A stretch of DNA of 63,082 bases, counting the filler. It is 14 parts of 14 records of this genome, joined end to end, with 100 filler letters (N's around TTAATTAATTAA, not from the genome) between each part and the next. Parts side by side here need not be neighbours in the genome. Positions count along the whole stretch, not along the records: positions 20,718 to 23,972 come from SRR15195285_5636; positions 24,073 to 27,863 come from SRR15195285_5638; positions 27,964 to 31,588 come from SRR15195285_5639; positions 31,689 to 34,750 come from SRR15195285_5640; 10 more parts are not named here. One strand, written 5' to 3'. How positions within the stretch are numbered: the stretch's first letter is position 1; the number at the start of each line of letters is the position of its first letter. The position numbers were made by a program, and so were the translations under genes. This document shows positions 20,773-31,689 of the stretch, piece by piece. The notes under the pieces are model-generated. The model made no database searches. It worked only from the letters and a program-made list of their open reading frames with translations, and was not told where the DNA came from.

Positions 20773-23700
20773 ATGAAGCGAGTCGCGGGGGTGCAGCGCG
20801 AGAACAGCTCGCAGCGCGGCGCAGCACAGCCTGCGAAGCTTAAGAGCGGGTCAGACGCAGAGGTCGTAGGCCTGGTTGGGGCGCCACAGCACAATGGACG
20901 ACAGGGAACAGTCGGGACGTATGATGCGAAGAAGCAGCGTTACGCTGTGTCCCTGCCGGCGTGTCGCGCACCAGATGGTCGGTCCTTGCCGGCGCAGATG
21001 CTTGCTGTCAAGGCCGCCAACCTACTCCCGATGTTGTCGAATGCGCCGACCATCGAAGAGAGCCACGAGATAACGGCCACGCTGTGGGCTATCGAGAGCA
21101 CAGGAATGATCTTAAACTGGCCAGAGGGCTCGGCGGTGAGCCTCCTGTGCACGCGCACGAAATCATCGATGCCCATTCTGACTCACAGGTCTATGGTTGT
21201 GATCATGCTTCTAGGGTGGCCGCTCCGGCTCGCGCCATTGGGAACCAGAAGGCGTTCTCCCGACTTGCTTGACGGAGAAAGGCCTCATAAGCATGGAAGG
21301 TGTGCCTGTCCAGAGGCCCCGCACACTGGTAGGCGAGGCTGCGGACGGAACACGGATACAGATGCAGCTCGCTGTGGACCAGACTTCGGGTGCTGTCGGT
21401 GTGTCTACCACGCGCAACGAGTCAAAGCGGTGCGTGCGTAGGACTACGTCACATACTCGTAAATAGCATGTTTCATTGTTGCACTTGCCTCTACCCCTGG
21501 GGTAGACCGGGATTGACCTTTTTGGATTGAGGAGGGGAGGGCTCTGCACCTGAACCGGAATGCCCACTCGTGTTCTAGCTGAATAACACCCATACTGGCG
21601 GGCGGCAGGACCTCGCTGGTGTCCAAACCCGAGTTGAAGGTGATGGGTGTGGACGAACTCAATGAGTCCCGGCTGCGCTTGCAGTTGACGGAGGTCATCC
21701 CGAAGCTTGAGATCACCGCCGCAGAGAAAGTTCGCCCTGCATCAAACAAGACAGCAGATGGCTCTTCTCCACACTCTGGATCTGACGAAGAAGGCAAGGT
21801 TGCAGATAATGGCCGACTGTGGCACTCGAAGCACTTCGTATGGTACTGCCTGCCACCACTGCAACGGCTGCGCTCGGCCAGCTTAGCCGACGGAGTATTC
21901 GGCCCAACCTTGGACAAATCAAAGGATGGTGTGCCAGAGGATGCTTTGATGCTAGAGGCGTTTCACGACGGTGGCAGCGGCAAGATCTACCTCGAAGCCA
22001 CACCTGCAGAGGAGTCAGCCGAGCCATGTATGATGCAGATGGAAGTCCTGGGTTACATGAGAGAGCTCGCCAAGGGAGTGACGCTCCCAGCCGGCGGGGA
22101 CCCCCGCGGCGTAGGAGCACTTGCTAACCAGTTGAAGGCCATGAAGGCGCGTTCTCGCGTCATGGTACAATCTGATGTCGAAGACGCACGCTACGATTTC
22201 GACCAGAAGCGGGTATGACCACTATACTCCATCTTCATTATCGTACTGCTACGTTTAGATATCTCTGCAGATATTTAGTGTGTGCTTGATGAAGCCCTCA
22301 CGACGACCTGTGTGGCTCGCAGCTCAACCAGATCATGGGCGAGCGGATGTGCATGCAAGCATGGAGCAATTTGGTGTGGCTGTTGGAATGGGGGATCGCA
22401 CTCGATGATGGCGAGGAATGGCTACTTTCGCCACGCGGTGTGGTGGGTGCGGTGAAACCGTCACTGGAGATAGATGGTGAGGGTGACATGGAGTGGGCAC
22501 CAGCGATCAAGAGTTCCACGTGGGACTTTCCTCCCGAGACTGTCAGCGGCGGGGCGAATGGCTATACGGATGGTGGTGAGGAGCAGCGCAGCTCCCCATC
22601 ACGGCACAGCACAGCACACGCTACCCATACCAGTAGCTGGCTCAGCGTTGTACACGTCTCCTTCTCTGGTTTCTTTGCGCTAAAATCAACAGCCTGCAGC
22701 AGCACGACGATCACACCAAGTAGATTCACCACCTGCACGTGGTGTGCGTGTGACGTGGTGCAGGTTTGAGCGTCTATCGGTTGTCGATTTCACACGATCC
22801 AGTGCAAGGCACACGCCGGTGAAACACTCGAACAAATCTCTCATTTCGGTTTGCGCCGCATCTTTCAGGTTTCCTTGCTTTGCAGGCCGTTTTTGATCGG
22901 GCGTTGTGTGATGTTTGCAAAACAGTTTCAAATTTGCCGATCCAGAAATGGCACTGAAGCTCACAATGGTGGCCTCGGACACACTGCGGCTGATGACCAT
23001 CGTCTATGAGGTGCTGGGCGACAGCATTGTTGGCATGAGCAAGCATATCCCCGTGCCAGGTGACGCCACTAAGACTCCGCAGGCGCGGCCCGCGACAGCG
23101 CCGGCCGGGACCCGTTCCAAGAAGAAAGGTAAAAAGAAGAAGCATGTCCAGCAGATCGAAACGCTGGATGTGGCACAGCGCGCGGCGATGGCCGAGAGCC
23201 AACGATTGGAAAGGATCAAGACGTTGCAGCGACGATTTGTGGAACTGCATGTCGCTGAGAAGACCAGCGAGCGAAAGAGCCACTTGCTGGGCCTCTGTAA
23301 GCGACACTGCTGCACACGAGCCTTTTGATGTTGTGGCTAGCTGTTGTTATAGGTAGAGCGTGGTATTTTATGCTAAAGGTTACAAAGATGGAGTGCATGC
23401 ACTGCAAGGTTCTGAATCGGTACTATACTGACCGTCTTTCGTTCGCTCCCAAACTAGATTTCGAGCACGAGGCAATGCAGCAGGGCGGCACGAGCCAGCA
23501 GGCCTCGGAGAGCACGGCGCTGTTGTCGGTCGATGCGAAGGCAGAAATGGATGTGATGGGCGGCAAGCGCGAGGTGCTGATGAATGCTAAGGGTGGCAAC
23601 AGTTGTCAGACGATAAAGCATGCCACTGCCGCAAAGGTGAGGCCGTTCTGATCCGCCTCGCCTCGCTTCGGATCCGTCGATCTCGAGCGCAGTGATGAGC

Positions 23701-23972
23701 AGGCATGCGTCGCGCACCATGCACATTTCGTTGGAACTAAACTAACTACTCCACTTGTTGCATGTTTTTTGTGTGGCCGTACGTGCGTGAATCACACGAC
23801 AGGCTGACCTCGAGCAGATCGATGATGCACGCTTGGACAAACTGATGGCGATCCTTGAAGCAACAGACAGCCTCCAGCCACACACGGCATCACACGGGGA
23901 TGCGGAGCCGCCCGACATTATTCGTGCCGCCAGGGACGCGCTAGCTGAATGCAGGTTTGTTTCGCGCGGTAT
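20773..23972 (+). CDS. Multi-exon hypothetical protein with an N-terminal SH3-like module; 3'-truncated
   Basis: VVGLVGAPQHNGRQGTVGTYD..KQRYAV matches a recurrent protist SH3-like motif. Successive + strand ORF blocks (21619, 22335, 22915, 23325, 23833) are bounded by GT/AG sites, e.g. donor CGG|GTATGA at 22213. Confidence 0.5.
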
Positions 23973-24542
23973 NNNNNNNNNNNNNNNNNNNNNNNNNNNN
24001 NNNNNNNNNNNNNNNNTTAATTAATTAANNNNNNNNNNNNNNNNNNNNNNNNNNNNNNNNNNNNNNNNNNNNTGTTTTAATACCTACGCCGTTCGTCCTC
24101 CCAAGCATGAGACCGCCAATACGAGGATACCAGCCGAGACGTCGATGCCACCACGCCACGAGCTCCACGAAGTAGTGCTCGTGGCCAAAGAAGAACCAAG
24201 AATTCCAAGAACGTCTCCGTAAAAAGGCACGCGCGGGCCAAGGCCGCTCCGTATCGCCCTTGTAAAGGAGTGGATACCGGGAGCTGAGTGCTTGGAAAGA
24301 ACACCCCTGTTCAGCTCACAACATGCGTGTGTAGCTGCTAGAGGGAGACCGGTGTAGTCTACGACGCGGCGTAGACTAGACGGGTGTCCCCATGGAAACA
24401 AGCCTATCCGAACCAACTCTTTTCGCGGGAGTGGTTGAAGGCGGAGTTCGATCAGACCAAACACATCGTGTATTTAGCTGACAACTCAGTGACAGGCAGC
24501 GGCCGTCAAAGGAAAGGATGACTGAGTGGCTGGCAGCGGCCA

Positions 24543-26153
24543 TCAAACAGTGCGGAGCCCGCTAATGTCGGACGTTCCGACTACTAGTACAGCTTGTGCA
24601 TCTTGCGGAATGCTGGAGACGATATACTGCTCGTGCTCTGAGTCCGTGACCGACCAGCTCCATCCGTTTGCAGCCGGCGTCAGTGCGACGAAATGACCTG
24701 GTTTAAGAACGATGAGAACTTTGCCTGAAGCGAGCAACGAGTGGGCGTTTATCTGAGCTGCAATGCCACTCAGGTCTACTGCTGCCGTCCGGGTGCAGAC
24801 CACGTTCAGTACTGCCGACCAAGAGAAGCCTTCGCAAGTTGCACGGTCGTTGGTAGGCAGCTGACTGTCTGCGGCCAAGAGTGCTCGGTAGCTGTCGTCA
24901 ACTGTCTCGAACAGGTCTGTGGCTGTTAGCGCAACTGCCGCGCAGACGGGTATCGACTCCATGCTCGTCGGTGCCGAAGGCAATGTTGACCAAGAGTTGC
25001 ATGAGATGAGAGCGTCGCCGATGACTTGACCAGTTGCAGCGCGAGAGACCATGGTGTCCATCATGTAGATTCTGGATGTCTGAACGTCGGCGTGATCGGC
25101 GAAGTCTGCGATTTTGTGTGACGGAACGTTGGCTGCTCCGAGAGTGCTCAGTGCGCCTTTGCGAAAACTGATCCCACTGTACTTTGATGCGTCGACACCT
25201 GCTGAATGAAGCCTGTTGCGCAGATTCGTTGTGAAGCAGGACCTAGACATTGGGCTGCCGTTTGCCATCTGGAAAAGGAATCCGTCCTGGTTGCCACTGT
25301 ATGTCCGTGTGAAGTGCAGCCGTAGAATCTGTACTGGGCAGTAACGCAGTTGAGGTTGTACCGAGATGGCCGTCCAGTAGCCCGTGCCGCTGGCTACTCC
25401 TCGAGTCTTTGTGCTGTGGAAGTACACGAAGACCATCCGTGGATTTCGGAGGTTGGGATAGAAAAGCAGTGACCCGAAACGGAGAGCGTGTACTTGGCCT
25501 GCTGTTGAAGAGACACCCACATGCCCGATGCGCTGCGACGTAAAGTATAAGACTGAGTATGCTGCTGCGTCGCGAAGATCGCTTGGTGCGCGCTGGCTGC
25601 TGGGAGACTGAAGGGCCGAGTCCAGAAGAGCCATGAACATCCACGGCCGCAAGGGAAGCTTGGCGTGTTTGTGCCAGTTGGTGACCATGTTCTTGAAGTT
25701 CAGACGGAACGTAGACCACCAGTAGCTGATCTCGTCGCGGCGGTCTTTGAAGCCCAGCTGCAGGTTCCAGTTTGCCAGCTCGGTGACGTAGGCGAGGCAG
25801 CCCTTCCAACCTGACGAAATGCCGTTGTTTGGCAGCCACAGCATGAAGCGCATGTACATCACTGGTGAAGTCGGGATTGGTACTGGCATGTACCCTTCCG
25901 CGACGCAGAAGTCGATGAATTTGAGACGGCGGGAGCTGCCCTTTGATCTGGTCCTGGATCGACCTCGAGACAGCAGCATCGAGAGGAGTTGTTGATCTAG
26001 CTCCCGACCGCTGGTCATGAGCTCCGGAAGAGGTGTGTTGGCTAGGCCGGCCTCGGGGGGTCTGACTGCGCTCAGGCCGTTGCTGCGGATCTGGCGACGT
26101 GAGTACCCTGCACTGCTCCAGAAACCTGAGTAGTCGGCGGCTCCACGACTCAT
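24543..26153 (-). CDS. Tyrosine recombinase with a C-terminal putative cysteine-protease domain
   Basis: SQRIGH (Arg), STKT (Lys), CPV, YSGISFRKG (x-x-x-R), ADH and SRIY (Tyr); then CAAVAL...GHFVAL...VTDS. Confidence 0.88.
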   Translation of the reverse strand: MSRGAADYSGFWSSAGYSRRQIRSNGLSAVRPPEAGLANTPLPELMTSGRELDQQLLSMLLSRGRSRTRSKGSSRRLKFIDFCVAEGYMPVPIPTSPVMYMRFMLWLPNNGISSGWKGCLAYVTELANWNLQLGFKDRRDEISYWWSTFRLNFKNMVTNWHKHAKLPLRPWMFMALLDSALQSPSSQRAPSDLRDAAAYSVLYFTSQRIGHVGVSSTAGQVHALRFGSLLFYPNLRNPRMVFVYFHSTKTRGVASGTGYWTAISVQPQLRYCPVQILRLHFTRTYSGNQDGFLFQMANGSPMSRSCFTTNLRNRLHSAGVDASKYSGISFRKGALSTLGAANVPSHKIADFADHADVQTSRIYMMDTMVSRAATGQVIGDALISCNSWSTLPSAPTSMESIPVCAAVALTATDLFETVDDSYRALLAADSQLPTNDRATCEGFSWSAVLNVVCTRTAAVDLSGIAAQINAHSLLASGKVLIVLKPGHFVALTPAANGWSWSVTDSEHEQYIVSSIPQDAQAVLVVGTSDISGLRTV

Positions 26154-26205
26154 GTGCTTCCGTTTGGTTCCTCTACCTGCAGGCGGGGGGGATGCACAAT
26201 GTCAG

Positions 26206-27863
26206 TCAAGGTGGTGAGTTTTGCTCGCATCCGGCCGTCGACTCTGACACCGACGAGAGCAGGGAGTCGTAAGTCCAACGATGTTGTTCGAGGAGGGCGG
26301 CGATGTCTGGGCGACCCGGCGAGAGCTCGTGCCAGCAAGTGCAGTCTGGGTGAGCGTCGGACCAGCGTTTGACGATTTCGGCTAGCTCGGCGGTAGACAG
26401 CGCGGAGGTTCGTGACAGAGCGTCTGCACACTCGTTTGACTTTGAATCGATAAAGTGACTCCTTGTGACGGTGCCCCAGTAGCACAGAAGGAGCGTGATC
26501 TCTTTGAAGACTGCGTTGATTTGCAGAGATCTGGCACGGTGTTTTCTCAGTGAGTACATCACGGCGGTGTTGTCGATGTAGATATGCAGAACACGGTGAG
26601 CTCCGCACAGCGGTAGGATGTCCCGCAGTAGCACCAGCAAACTGATTGCCTCCAGGGTGTTGATGGTGATTCGCCAACCGCCTGCCTGACCAAAGAATCG
26701 GTGCCAGGACAGTGGCCACCGCCAGCTACGAGTGACACCTCCCCAGAAGTAGCCTCCGCCCTCGAAGGAGGCATCTGAGAAGGCTGCTGCTCGGATCCTG
26801 GGAAGATTTACTCCGCGGCTCACCGGTCTTGTGCCGATTATCTGCAAGACTCGTAACCACATGTCCCAGTCCGAGCGCATGTCGTCGGTAACTGATATGG
26901 AGATGAAGGCTGCCGGTTGAGGTCCGAGAGTTTTCAGCTGTGCGTACGCCGCGGAGAGGTACGGCTTGCCGGCTGGGATGACCAGTGATATGAAGTTCAG
27001 TAGGCCCAGTGCTGACTGCAATTGGTTGCACGTTAGTCGTCGCGCGTCTATGAGGTTCGACAGCAGGCGTTGGATGCGTTTGATCCGCCGGACTGAAAGG
27101 AACAGTTGCATGAGTTTGGCATCGACGCCGATGCCCAGGATGTCGCATGAGGAGCAGGGTGCTACGCATTTGCCCGGCTTGGTGTTTGCAGGTAACCCCA
27201 GCCAAACCAGGATCATCCGCAGCGAAGAGTAGCAGAAATCGGCTGTCGACGTTGACAGTCGCTGAGGCACGCACTCTGGGAACCGGCGGTTTGCCCGGCG
27301 ATGTTCAAGCTCGGATGGGGCAGGCCCGACTGCCACACCGCAGAAATCATCGATGTACGGCGCCATGAACACCGCCTTGGTGGCTGCTGATAGGCTGGAC
27401 TTGTCGGGCGCGCAGACTCCGAGGTTGCACTCGGCTGCTACGCCTGCGAAGGAACGTTGTACCGCTGCTAGGGAGTCGGACGCGTTGGAGTTGTCGGACT
27501 TGCTGAGTGACTCATGCACTCGGATGTCGGGCTGCACGGCGTCGTGGTCTGAGCTGGCCGACTCTGGAAGCGACGGAAGTTGTCGTGGTGGTGGTTGCGA
27601 CAAGTCGATCAAAGATGGCGGGTCGAAGCAGGAGATCTGGGCAGCCTCCCAACGCCTGATGCAGCCGCGCGCTACTGCCACGGAGAGAAGCTGGAACGCG
27701 TAGACGGCGGAGCTGATGCCGAAGACCAGTGTATGATAAACATAGAATTGGCCATGCCAGTATATTCCGACTAGCGGCACCGAACTATCCGTGAGTGGAA
27801 ACGAGAAGTAGCCGTCTGTCAGATCAGCCTTGAACAACTCCGCGTCGCCTCTGGTGCCTAGGA
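26206..27863 (-). CDS. Reverse transcriptase-RNase H (DIRS-type), 5'-truncated
   Basis: KADLTDGY, LVFGISSA, YIDDF and LGIGVD in RT; FSDAS, INTLEA, YIDNTAV and NECADALSR in RNase H. Confidence 0.93.
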
Positions 27864-27963
27864 NNNNNNNNNNNNNNNNNNNNNNNNNNNNNNNNNNNNN
27901 NNNNNNNTTAATTAATTAANNNNNNNNNNNNNNNNNNNNNNNNNNNNNNNNNNNNNNNNNNNN

Positions 27964-28412
27964 ATGGAGCTGGTTTGAGTCGTACCCCCACTGTGTTCGC
28001 GTTCGCGGTGGCGGATGGCTGCGGGTGGGATACGTGCCGCGGAGCCTGCTTCTGAGAACAGTACTCCGTCCAGGCTCCATTTGCGTTCGCGTATTTCGTC
28101 CAGGGTCAGCTGCGAGACTCCACCAGCATTCCAAAAGCCTACGTGGAGTTCGAGTTGTCTATCCGTTTTGGCTTTGGACCGTTTGTTTTTGGGCTTGTCG
28201 CCGTGGAGTTGTGCCGCCTTTATGACGTGCTGCGCCGCCAGTGTGTGTTGACGGTCTGCTCGCTGGCTAGCTACTGGTCCGTGGACTATGGGTCGTCTCC
28301 TACGTTTGGGGGATACGGGAGGAGGACCTAGCCTAGCGCTACGTGTGTTTGCGCATACCGCAACACACAGACGTGCTGCGCTACCTACTCGAAGGAAACC
28401 CACCCTCCACAC
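27964..28412 (-). mobile_element. 5' fragment of an APE/EEP-endonuclease ORF, probably a non-LTR retrotransposon, cut at the contig end
   Basis: A basic leader is followed by LHVGFWNAGG...LDGVLFSEA, matching APE motifs I (WN.xG) and II (D....xE). Confidence 0.6.
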
Positions 28413-28828
28413 CCTAGAGGAGAATAATTAGCATTGTTTAACGTAAACAGTGGGGTGTAAACAATGAAGGAGGGGTGAGAGTGGTCGCGATGGATATCAC
28501 CATCGCGAACCCTCTCTCATCTTGGCGTAAGGGTTTCGAGAACGGAACCCTAACGTCAAACTTGCACCAACACCTGGATTCTTTACATTATCTTATCATC
28601 TCACCATACGGCAAGTGATAGGGAAACTTTCTACTAGTAGCTTTGGACAGCAATTTGGAGGAACATTTTGGAGGAACATGATACTATACGATGATAGACA
28701 ATCAAGCACAGCCGCACACACATCGATTAGAACGCGAACCCGCGCGCCCGCCACCGATACAGAGAGAGTTTGGCTGCCTCGCTGGCGAGGGTGCTGCCTG
28801 CTGCGACTCTTGCTGGTTGCCTTCGCGA

Positions 28829-31362
28829 ATGGTGCCTGCAATGATACTGTTGGCGACGAACGCCGGCGCCGCGGGCGCGGCGGCGTTGAGCACCAATGAC
28901 ATCGCCTCCACTTGTCACCTCTTCGTCGCACCCGACGGCTCCGACTCCAACGATGGCCGAACTATCGCCTCGCCGTTCCAAACGCTGCAGCACGCGATCT
29001 GGTGGCAGGGGAGCGAGAGCAACGGCCCGCGGACCATCTGCATGCGGTCTGGGGTGTATCGGTTGAACGCCACCGTTCACGTCGGCGCCAGCGTTGCAAA
29101 CTCTGGTCGCCCCCTGTCGGTCAAGACCTTCCCCGGCGACCTGGCCAAAGGAGAGAGGGCTGTACTCAGCGGTGGGGTGCGAGTTGGACCCTTCTTTCAG
29201 AAGAACCCACGTGATGCGTGGCTCACCGCCACACCGCCAGCAGGTGCACACCGGCCTTCGTTGATGTACGTCCCAGGCGTCAATTCGGCGCGGTTGCAAC
29301 GTGCGCGGTTGCCGAAGTGCACCGCCGCAGATGCCACCAATCGGTTCACCGGCGACACCTCCACCTTCAGCTACACGGGGCCGCTGCAGCCCCCCGATGC
29401 CAGCAAAGTGTGGCCCGCAATCGACCGCACCGGATTCCGCTACAACCACAGCGATTCGTTCGTGGGATTGCTACCTCTCTACCGGCAGCACGAGGTTCAG
29501 GTGCTTCACTTCCACAGCTGGACAGCATTTTGGAGCAACATTTCCGAGATCTCGGACGGAGTGCTGAAATTTACCACGCCAACGAAAACTCCCGTAGGCC
29601 AGTGGGCAAGGCAGGGGGGGCAACGTTTTCTACTCGAAAACGTGAGAGAGGGCATGTCAGAGCCAGGAGACTGGTACTGGGATGACAGTAAGGACGAGGT
29701 GCTGCTGATACCGCCCGTGGCGGGTGGTGGCTTATCGAGATGCCGGAATGCGCTGGGTGAGGTGTGCGCCTCCACTCAGCGTGCGGCAACAACTGGCAAG
29801 TGTGCTGTCTGTGCTGGCAGGCACCAGCATAGCCTTCGGGAAGCTGGCTGCACCCAGCACGACATCGATGATTTCTGCGCCGGTTCAAGTCCCGCTCCGT
29901 CGCCAAGTTCAAGCCCCGGCATGTTTGCGGAAGCGGCCCAGCTACCAGTGCTCATGCAGATCAGTGGAGCAAGCCACGTATCGCTCGCCGACATCGAATT
30001 TACCCATGCCGACGTGGGTGATCGGGTTGACCAGTACTACACGCAGAGCAGCGCCCTGAAGCTCGGGCCCACCAGTCTGACCAGTGACATTCGAATTGAG
30101 CGAGTGCGTGTGCGGCAGAGTGGTGGTGTCGGGATCTCGATCGGCAACAATGTGCAGCGCGTTGAGATTCTAGACTCTGCCGTGACAGACGTTGGTGCAT
30201 CTGGCATCGAGATTCCGAACGGAGTGAACTGCACAGACATCTTAATCAACAACTCGCTGATCAATGACACAGCTCGAGTCATACTCGGCCAACCTGGTGG
30301 GATCCGCGCCAAGGGGCAGCGAAACATGACGATCACGCACAATACAGTGGGATTTGCTCCGTATGCAGGGATCATGGTAGGGTGGCAGGTCATAACCGAA
30401 GCGACAGACTCTGCGAAGCTGGTCTTTGATATTGGGTTCAACCACGTCCATAACTATGGGATGGGCATTCTCAGTGACTTTGGTGGCATCTACTTCAGCT
30501 CGTCAGACAATCTTTGTTTCCAAAAGCAGCCAGAGCTGTGTCACCTCCCTTCCCATGTACACCATAACTGGGTTCATAATTGCTCGCGTTACAATTATGG
30601 GTGTCAAGGGGTTTACATGGATGAGCAGGTAAGTGGTGTGCTGATCGAAAACAACCTGCTTCAAGACCTAGAGGATCAGGGGGTGTATTTCCATTGCGGC
30701 TCGGACAATGTGGCGACCAACAATATCATCGCTCGTGCTGGTCTAGGCGCGTCGACACGGGGTGGTGGCCGTGTGAGTTTGCCTCTAGATTGGGAATCAA
30801 TCTATGACGATATCCGAGCAAGGGTTGTCGGTTAGTCAAATCAACAACCGGTTCTCCTGCTGAAATTTTGCATTGATGGTCGCTCGCGCAGGTCACACCA
30901 CAGGTTTGCTCCGGACTCCTTCCGGGAATGTGTAACTCAGGTGGCAATCCGACGTGGCCGAATATGGGCAGCGCCTTAGGGTTCAATTTTAGCCACAATA
31001 TCGTTTTGCTTGATGAATCCGGCGCCTCGGCGACGGGGCGCTTTCCGAGCTCACAGAAGGATGTGCGTCAGACGCACTGGTCGGGTAACACGTTTTGGAG
31101 CCTAAACCATACGGTGACGGAGCTCATGAGGACCGCCGCTGTGTGGCCAAACGCAACAACCTTGGCGCAGTGGTCGTCGAGTGATCACGTTGCTTCTGGG
31201 GCGCTCGCACCACTGGTCGCCGACCCATTGTTTCATGACCTCAAAACCTTCACGCTGCAGCCAAACTCGCCAGCGTTGCAGCGCGGTTTCGTGCCATTCA
31301 GCGTGAGTAGGTCTGGGTGCCGGGGCAATCCATTTGAGCCGAAAAGTTCAGGTGATCAATGA
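28829..31362 (+). CDS. Secreted GH141-like right-handed beta-helix glycosidase; intron 30773-30891
   Basis: FVAPDGSDSNDG...PFQTL, VLSGG, FLLENVRE...PGDWYWD, LSDFGGIY, GVYMDEQ..GVLIENN and ADPLF...FTLQPNSPA; the intron is phase-consistent. Confidence 0.82.
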
Positions 31363-31689
31363 ACGATGAATCTTTGCGTCCTAGCACGCGGGAGACTGAA
31401 CAATCGTGTTCCCGCTACGGTTTCCCCATTCCCTTGCTCATTGCCACGACGTCTAAACTATTCATAATTAGGGCCGTAATGAACCCTGTGCTGCGTTCTG
31501 AATGAATTCAATATTCATGCATGCAGAGTACAGCTGTACCTTAAGCGTGCGTTAAGGGGTACAGGATATCTCATGCGACAGGAATACANNNNNNNNNNNN
31601 NNNNNNNNNNNNNNNNNNNNNNNNNNNNNNNNTTAATTAATTAANNNNNNNNNNNNNNNNNNNNNNNNNNNNNNNNNNNNNNNNNNNNG

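Larger units (their letters stand above)
24073..27863 (-). mobile_element. Tyrosine-recombinase retrotransposon (DIRS order, Ngaro-like layout), 5' part missing
   Basis: An RT-RNase H ORF is followed by a separate YR ORF on the same strand; intronless; no methyltransferase domain is visible after RNase H. Confidence 0.9.

Noticed and set aside
26150-27274. Overlapping alternative-frame ORFs (26150-26719, 26726-27274) as extra element genes
   Set aside because: No recognisable motifs; such shadow ORFs are expected in GC-rich coding DNA.
26206-27863. RT as a bacterial retron, DGR or group II intron
   Set aside because: The YIDD motif with DIRS-type RNase H and a downstream tyrosine recombinase fits a eukaryotic YR retrotransposon.
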